DNA of 62,401 bases, filler included, from an uncultured Gemmatimonadota bacterium (GTDB taxonomy: Bacteria; GCA-2686955): the NCBI GenBank assembly GCA_964490075.1. It is 3 parts of 3 records of this genome, joined end to end, with 100 filler letters (N's around TTAATTAATTAA, not from the genome) between each part and the next. Parts side by side here need not be neighbours in the genome. Positions count along the whole stretch, not along the records: positions 41,789 to 62,401 come from CAZBBK010000084.1; 2 more parts are not named here. One strand, given 5' to 3'. This document shows, one piece after another, positions 50,187 to 62,401 of the stretch. The number at the start of each line of letters is the position of its first letter. The first letter of the stretch is position 1. Position numbers and translations under genes: made by a program. The notes beneath the pieces are model-generated. The model was not told the origin of the DNA, ran no database searches, and was given only the letters and a program-made list of their open reading frames with translations.

Positions 50187-50302
50187 GATCGGCATTCCAG
50201 CGGCCACGAATGAGGCTGCAACGCAGGGCTCGGCCTTGGTTATCATGAAGTTCTGTGAATCTCTGAGAACCGCGGGGCCACGCACCCGATGGGGAGAGCT
50301 GC

Positions 50303-55543
<5,241 letters not shown>

Positions 55544-55659
55544 GCGCACCGGCACCACTTTCCGCGACGGCCGTAGCCCCTCGCCGACAGCGCTCCGGCA
55601 CGGCGCGGCACGGCGCGCCGGGCGAGTTTCCTCGGCCGCCGCCACAACCCATAATGGAA

Positions 55660-55764
55660 GAGGCTGCCCGGGAGCGGTTCCATCCAGACGGCCTCCCATA
55701 CGTTGTCCCTCTCGGGCAGCCCCCTAGCCCTGCCTCGGTCGCCCCGGACCGGGGCCGTTTTTTT
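55660..55764 (+). ncRNA. Candidate small RNA
   Basis: CATAAT at 55650, 13-bp stem 55662-55674/55709-55721 enclosing CCTCCC, then a terminator hairpin with T7. Confidence 0.4.
55732..55764 (+). terminator. Intrinsic terminator
   Basis: GCCTCGGTC/GACCGGGGC stem followed by TTTTTTT. Confidence 0.7.
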
Positions 55765-55865
55765 GCCCGAACGCCACGCATTGCCTTCCTCGCGCCGCGA
55801 CCGGCCCTCTAAGATCGCTCCCCTCAGTCCCGTCCCGGTCCCCACCCCTTCAGGAGCGCAGCTCG

Positions 55866-56867
55866 ATGGATCTCGAGTCCTTCTACCCACAGCGCAAAGT
55901 GCTGATCACCGGCGGTCTTGGCTTCTTGGGCTCCAACCTGGCGCTCGACCTGGCCGAGCGCGGGGCCGAGATCACCATCCTCGACAACCTGCACGATTGG
56001 TACGGCGGCAACTACTTCAACATCGAGCCGATTCGCGACTCGGTGCGGGTGATCGAGGGCGATCTGCGCGACGCGGCGGCGGTGCGCGAGGCGACCGAGG
56101 GGCAGGAGCTGGTGTTTCACATCGCCGCGCAGACCTCGCACGTCGACTCGATGACCGAGCCGCTCTTCGATGTGGACGTCAACTGCCGGGGAACGATCCT
56201 CTTGCTCGAGGCGATGAAGGACCTGGCGCCCGGCGCCCGGATGGTCTACGCGGGCACCCGCGCCCAGTACGGCAAGCTGGAGTACACCCCGGTCGACGAG
56301 CGCCACGGCGCCTTCCCGGTCGACATCTACGGGGTCAACAAGCACGCCGCCGAGCTCTACGCCTTCATCTACATGAACGCGCACGGCATTCCGGTCACCA
56401 GTCTGAGGATCAACAACAGCTACGGGCCGCGGCACCAGATGAAGCACGGCAAGTACGGCATCCTCAACTGGTTCATTCGCCTGGCGATGGACGGGGGGAC
56501 GATCCGCATCTTCGGCGAGGGGAATCAGCTGCGCGACTACAACCACGTCGACGACGTGACCCGGGCCTTCCTGGCCGCTGGGGCGTCGGAGCGGGCCCTC
56601 GGCGAGGTCTACAACCTCGGCTGCGGCGACCCGATCTCGTTCCGCGACATGGTCCACGCGATCATCGACAAGGTCGGCTCGGGGCGCTCCGAGCACGTGC
56701 CCTGGCCAAAGGAGCGCGAGGACATCGAGGTGGGCGACTACGTGGCCGACTTCTCGAAGGCCACCGCCGAGCTCGACTGGAAGCCGCGGGTGGGTTTCGA
56801 CGAGGGATTGCGGCAGACGGTGGAGTTCTATCGCCGCGACCAGTCCCACTACTGGTCGGCCGGATGA
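55866..56867 (+). CDS. NAD-dependent nucleotide-sugar epimerase/dehydratase (extended SDR)
   Basis: ITGGLGFLGS, YGVNK (YxxxK), YGPR, G.Q.RD..HVDD. Confidence 0.92.
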   Translation: MDLESFYPQRKVLITGGLGFLGSNLALDLAERGAEITILDNLHDWYGGNYFNIEPIRDSVRVIEGDLRDAAAVREATEGQELVFHIAAQTSHVDSMTEPLFDVDVNCRGTILLLEAMKDLAPGARMVYAGTRAQYGKLEYTPVDERHGAFPVDIYGVNKHAAELYAFIYMNAHGIPVTSLRINNSYGPRHQMKHGKYGILNWFIRLAMDGGTIRIFGEGNQLRDYNHVDDVTRAFLAAGASERALGEVYNLGCGDPISFRDMVHAIIDKVGSGRSEHVPWPKEREDIEVGDYVADFSKATAELDWKPRVGFDEGLRQTVEFYRRDQSHYWSAG

Positions 56868-57502
56868 GCCGACTGGCGGCGCTGGTCGAGCACCGCGCTC
56901 GACTGATGGAGTGCCGGCGCTGCGCCGAGGTGGTGCCGCCGGTGGTCAGCGGCGCCGCGCTGCTCAGCCCGATCCTGCTGGTGGGGCAGGCGCCCGGCGT
57001 CCACGAGGGACGGCTCGGACGCCCCTTCGCCTGGACCGCGGGCAAGACCCTCTTCCGCTGGTTCGAGCGCATCGGGATCGACGAGGCGACATTTCGGGAG
57101 CGGGTCTACATGGCCGCGGTGGGGCGCTGCTTCCCGGGCAAGGCGGCGGGCGGCGGCGACCGGGTGCCGAGCCGCGCCGAGATCGAGGCCTGTCGCCCCT
57201 GGCTGGAGCGCGAGGCGGAGCTGCTGCGGCCCGAGCTGGTGATTCCGGTGGGCGGCCTGGCGATCCGACAGATTCCGCTCGCGGCGCCGCGACTGGCCGA
57301 CGTGATCGGCGCCGCGCACCAGGTCGAGCTCTTCGGCCGGAGGGTGACCTGCATCCCCCTGCCGCATCCCAGCGGGGCCAGCACCTGGCACCGCATGGAG
57401 CCGGGCAAGACGCTGCTGGCGAACGCGCTGGCGCTGCTCGAGCGGCACCCGGCCTGGCGCGGGTGCTTCGCCGGCGTGGTCGGTTCGCGATCGGACGCGT
57501 GA
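56864..57502 (+). CDS. Uracil-DNA glycosylase superfamily protein
   Basis: CRRC, VGQAPG, RCFPG, LPHPSG. ATG 56864 overlaps the upstream stop. Confidence 0.88.
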   Translation: MSRLAALVEHRARLMECRRCAEVVPPVVSGAALLSPILLVGQAPGVHEGRLGRPFAWTAGKTLFRWFERIGIDEATFRERVYMAAVGRCFPGKAAGGGDRVPSRAEIEACRPWLEREAELLRPELVIPVGGLAIRQIPLAAPRLADVIGAAHQVELFGRRVTCIPLPHPSGASTWHRMEPGKTLLANALALLERHPAWRGCFAGVVGSRSDA

Positions 57503-58122
57503 GCCGGCGGAGCCGGAACCGACGGGGTTTCGCGCACAGACGCCGAGGCGCGAAGAGCGCGGGATGAGCCGGGCAAGGGGAGCTCGAGACCGCGGAGTCA
57601 CGACGCGGTCGGCCCGGCCGGCGTCCCCCTCCGGCGGCTTTTCGCGCCGCCGAGCGGAGGCGGGGGCGAACCCCTCGCGACCGCGGCGGGAGGGACGCAC
57701 GGGACGGTCATACCGCGCCCCTGACCCGCCTCAGGAGGGCATTGGGACCTCTGCGCGGTCGATCCGGGAGGCTGACCCGGCTCAGGCGGTGTTCCTGGCC
57801 GCTTTTCGGTCATTTCGCCCGCCTGAGGCGGTTCAGACCGCCGTCCGCGCCACGCTCCTTCGCCTGCGTTGCCTGCTCCCTTCCCGACCCCGCTCCCGCG
57901 CCCGACCCCGATTCCGCCGAGCGGATGCGGGAAGAGCTACCGGCAGCGCGGCAACGAAGCTCGCACCGGTGAGAATCGGCGGTCCGGGTCGAGGAAGCTC
58001 CATGCCGGGCGCTGGGGCGGGGCCGGAAAAGGGGGCCCATACCGAAATGCCCGCAACCCACCCGCGGCTTTGCGCCCCGGCGCGAGATCTTCCGCTCCGG
58101 TGGCGGAGGCAGCGAGCTCTGC

Positions 58123-58416
58123 TCAGTACTTCTGGTACCAGCGGCTCGCCTTGTCCTCCGCGCCGCCCTTGACCATGATGATGGTCTCCCAGGGGCAGTA
58201 GATCTCGCACTGCCGGCAGCCGATGCAGTCGTCGGCGATGATGCGCGCGACGCCGAACACACCCCCGGCATCCTCCAGGTACTCGATGCAGGTCGCGTTC
58301 TCGCCCACGGAGTTGGTCACGGGACAGACCGAGATGCAGGTCGGGGAGCCGGCGCAGCCGCTGCAGTCGTCGTCCAGCACCAGGGCGATCGGCAGGGTCT
58401 TCTTCTTCTTGGGCAT
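58123..58416 (-). CDS. 2x[4Fe-4S] ferredoxin
   Basis: CSGC....TC...CP and CIGCRQCEIYCP. Confidence 0.9.
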   Translation of the reverse strand: MPKKKKTLPIALVLDDDCSGCAGSPTCISVCPVTNSVGENATCIEYLEDAGGVFGVARIIADDCIGCRQCEIYCPWETIIMVKGGAEDKASRWYQKY

Positions 58417-58551
58417 GGCTCGGGGGGTCGGGAGGGGCGGGAAGAAGCGGGCGAATATGCTACCTTGTGGCGTCTCGTCAGGGACCATAGCACGGGTGTC
58501 GTCGTGCTAATTCGGTCCAGCAAGAAAGCCCCCCATCGGTCGGACCCTGTC

Positions 58552-59985
58552 ATGCCCACTCGCGAAGAATTGACCCAGCGGACCCGCGCGGAGCTGCGCT
58601 TGCTCGCCAAAGAGCAGGGATTGAAACGCATCTCGAAGCTGCGCAAGGCAGAGCTGATCGACGCCTTGCTGGCCGCCGGCGACGAGCCGAAGCAGCCCGA
58701 GGAAAGGCCCGCGGCGGAACCGGAGACGATCACGCCGGCCGCCACCGCGGATCTGCATCCCGACGCCCAGGTCGGAGCCAAGTTCACCACCGGCGACCTG
58801 CCCGAGGAGGCGCGCGAGGAGGAGGACGAGGAGGACATCGAGATTCCGGAGCACTACGGGACTCGCCGGGTCTTCCTGGCGGCCCGCGACCCGCGCTGGT
58901 TCCACAGCTACTGGGATTTCAGCGACCAGCAGCTCGAGGACGGACGCCGGGCGGCGGCCGACGGCGTGCACCGGCTGCGGCTGATGGAGGAGGGCGAGGC
59001 GCGCAGGATCGTCGAGGAGATCGCACTGCCGCCAGGGGCGCGCAACTGGTACTTCCAGCACGATCGCCCCGGGAGCGGCTTCTCGGTGCGGCTCGGCTAC
59101 TTGCGCGAAGACGAGCGCTTCGTGGAGATGGGCGCTTCGAACGTGGTGCAGGCGCCGAACGACGAGCCGACCGCCGCCGCGCCGGAGGAGTTCGCGTCGA
59201 TCTCGGTCGACGTTCCCTTCCGCGCCGAGGCCGAGGAGGTCGAGGGACAGGAGAGCGAGGGCGGCGATCGCCCGACGGAGGAGGAAGAAGAACCGAGCGC
59301 GGCCACCGAGGAGAGCGCCGGAGAAAGCTCGAGCGAGGCACCCCAGGACACCGGCGCGGGAGTCGAATCTCCCGCCGCCAAGGAGCCTTTGGCCGACGCG
59401 GAAAGCTCCGACACCGCCCGGCCACCGATCGAGGTCGACGCGCCACCGCTCGCGGTACACCACCCCGGACGTCTGGCCAGAGCCGGCACCCCCGCTCCTC
59501 CACCGGCCGACGATCGAGGATTCCATGCCGCACCCGCGCGCAGCGACGCGACCTCCGCGGGCGCGCCGGGTGCTCCACGGGCAGAGATCCCCGGAGCCCC
59601 CGGGGCCGGTCCCTGGGCGGGGCCGCTGGGAGCCTCCTGGAGCCGCCCGATCGGGGCCTCCTGGTCCGCCGCCCCCGGAGCGCCAGGCGAGTTCCGCATG
59701 CGCGTCAACGCCGAGGTGGTGATCTACGGCGACACCGTGCCCGGCGCCCGGGTGGTGGCCAACGGCGAAGAGATCGAATGCGACCGCAGCGGCCGTTTCG
59801 CCTTCCACTATCACTTGCCCGACGGCGAGTTCCGTCTCGACGTCGGCGCCACCGCGCCGGACCGGAGCGAGACCCGCGCCGCGCGCGTCAACTTCGGGCG
59901 CCAGACCAGCACCTACGGCGAGGTCGGCGTCCATCCCCACTCCCCCGACCTGCCCGACCCGCCGGGCGTGCGCGCCAAACGCTGA
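58552..59985 (+). CDS. DUF4912 protein with a Rho-N-like N-terminus
   Basis: ELR.LAK..GL...SKLRKAELI, P.HYG, RDP...H.YWD, NWY, SN.V.AP; C-terminal AEVVIYG.T.PGA. Confidence 0.88.
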   Translation: MPTREELTQRTRAELRLLAKEQGLKRISKLRKAELIDALLAAGDEPKQPEERPAAEPETITPAATADLHPDAQVGAKFTTGDLPEEAREEEDEEDIEIPEHYGTRRVFLAARDPRWFHSYWDFSDQQLEDGRRAAADGVHRLRLMEEGEARRIVEEIALPPGARNWYFQHDRPGSGFSVRLGYLREDERFVEMGASNVVQAPNDEPTAAAPEEFASISVDVPFRAEAEEVEGQESEGGDRPTEEEEEPSAATEESAGESSSEAPQDTGAGVESPAAKEPLADAESSDTARPPIEVDAPPLAVHHPGRLARAGTPAPPPADDRGFHAAPARSDATSAGAPGAPRAEIPGAPGAGPWAGPLGASWSRPIGASWSAAPGAPGEFRMRVNAEVVIYGDTVPGARVVANGEEIECDRSGRFAFHYHLPDGEFRLDVGATAPDRSETRAARVNFGRQTSTYGEVGVHPHSPDLPDPPGVRAKR

Positions 59986-59998
59986 TGCACCCTCGCCC

Positions 59999-61582
<1,584 letters not shown>

Positions 61583-61595
61583 GGCGCCACCACCG

Positions 61596-62401
61596 ATGCC
61601 GCTCTCCCAGCCCTCCCTCGAACGCGCGCTCGAACGCTGTCCGGGGGCGATTCTGGGCGCGGGCGAAGAGCTGATCGCGCAGCAGCGGATCGGCGGGGTG
61701 CGGCGGCTGGTCGGGCAGCTGCAGGGCGACGTGGGGCTGGAGAGCGGGCGGATCGCGCGGGTGACGGTGCGGCCGGGGGGCGAGGGGCCGCTGCCGACCT
61801 GCACCTGTCCCGAGGGGCGCGAGCCGGGGGCCGGGGGGGCGCGCTGGTGCGCGCATATCGCGGCGGTGCTGAAGCTGGCGGCGGAGGGGCGCTTCCTGGC
61901 GCCGGAGCGTGGGAAGTCGCGGGGGCTGACGTCGCGGGTGATGGGCGCGGCGAGCGGGCGGCCGCGCAAGGCGCCGGGGCCGGTGCGGCGTGTGTCGCCG
62001 GTGGCCGGTCCGGCGGCGGAGGTGGGGCGGGCGCCGCGGGCGGGGGGCGGCGGCGCGGGAGGCGGCGGCGCGGGGAAGAAGACGCCGGAGCTGAGGCTCT
62101 CGCAGACGGTGCGGCGCTACGCGCCGCTGGAAGTCTGGCTGCGCTCGACCGAGCTGCTCAGGCGCGAGGCGGTGCTGCGCTGGCGCTGGCAGGGCGCCAC
62201 GCTGGGCGGCGAGGTGAAGGAACGCGGGGCGGCGCCCTTCTCGGCCTGGGTGGAGTTGGCCGGGCAGCAGCCGCATCCCGGCTGCAGCTGCGGAACCGGC
62301 GCGCGCGGGGCCTGGTGCGCGCACGCGGTGGCGGTGGTGCGGGGGGGGGCGCTGGTGGCGGCGCGGCGGGCGGAGCGCGCTCCGGGTGGCGAGGGGGGCG
62401 G
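61596..62401 (+). CDS. Protein with two SWIM zinc fingers, partial (runs off the right end)
   Basis: Not in the ORF track. Manual translation from ATG 61596 gives CTC...WCAHIAAV and CSC...WCAHAVAV in one frame. Confidence 0.8.
   Translation, partial: MPLSQPSLERALERCPGAILGAGEELIAQQRIGGVRRLVGQLQGDVGLESGRIARVTVRPGGEGPLPTCTCPEGREPGAGGARWCAHIAAVLKLAAEGRFLAPERGKSRGLTSRVMGAASGRPRKAPGPVRRVSPVAGPAAEVGRAPRAGGGGAGGGGAGKKTPELRLSQTVRRYAPLEVWLRSTELLRREAVLRWRWQGATLGGEVKERGAAPFSAWVELAGQQPHPGCSCGTGARGAWCAHAVAVVRGGALVAARRAERAPGGEGG

Noticed and set aside
55866-56867. Epimerase as the missing ArnA decarboxylase of the glycosylation operon
   Set aside because: It is on a different contig and has only generic extended-SDR motifs, so there is no evidence of linkage.
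57988-58005. GAGGAAGCTCC resembling the RNase P RNA GAGGAAAGTCC motif
   Set aside because: Imperfect match, with no other conserved RNase P elements and too little room before the ferredoxin gene.

Overview
High-GC bacterial draft sequence, probably metagenome-assembled. It consists of three contigs (1-20848, 20949-41688, 41789-62401) joined by 100-nt N spacers that contain TTAATTAATTAA, so adjacency across the spacers is artificial. Contig 1 is mostly housekeeping: a partial beta-helix protein, queG, a DUF1573 protein, a plsB-like acyltransferase with gpsA, a hybrid histidine kinase, a radical SAM protein, Rrf2, rocD, a TPR protein, a hemJ-like gene, metH, a methyltransferase and a polysaccharide deacetylase. 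Contig 2 has three parts. First, a truncated microcompartment locus (cdd, three EutN/CcmL pentamers, extended rpiB). Second, an exbB-exbD-exbD-tonB-GWxTD-lytic transglycosylase run. Third, the most notable feature: a seven-gene translationally coupled operon with an ArnC-formyltransferase fusion, an ArnD-like deformylase, two DUF2723/TMEM260-like TPR membrane glycosyltransferases and three tailoring enzymes, which is a candidate lipid-linked amino-sugar protein-glycosylation system. Contig 3 has a GH50-like hydrolase whose signal peptide is frameshifted at a (CT)9 tract (an internally deleted paralog lies on contig 1), a decayed MNT-HEPN pair, vapBC, a GGDEF protein, a 1746-aa kinase-ATPase-TPR-GAF-sigma54 activator, a candidate sRNA, a UDG-family protein, a ferredoxin, DUF4912 with a GH57 enzyme and a tandem-SWIM protein. 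All family calls come from motif recognition by eye; no database searches were run. No tRNA, rRNA, CRISPR array or transposase was recognised.
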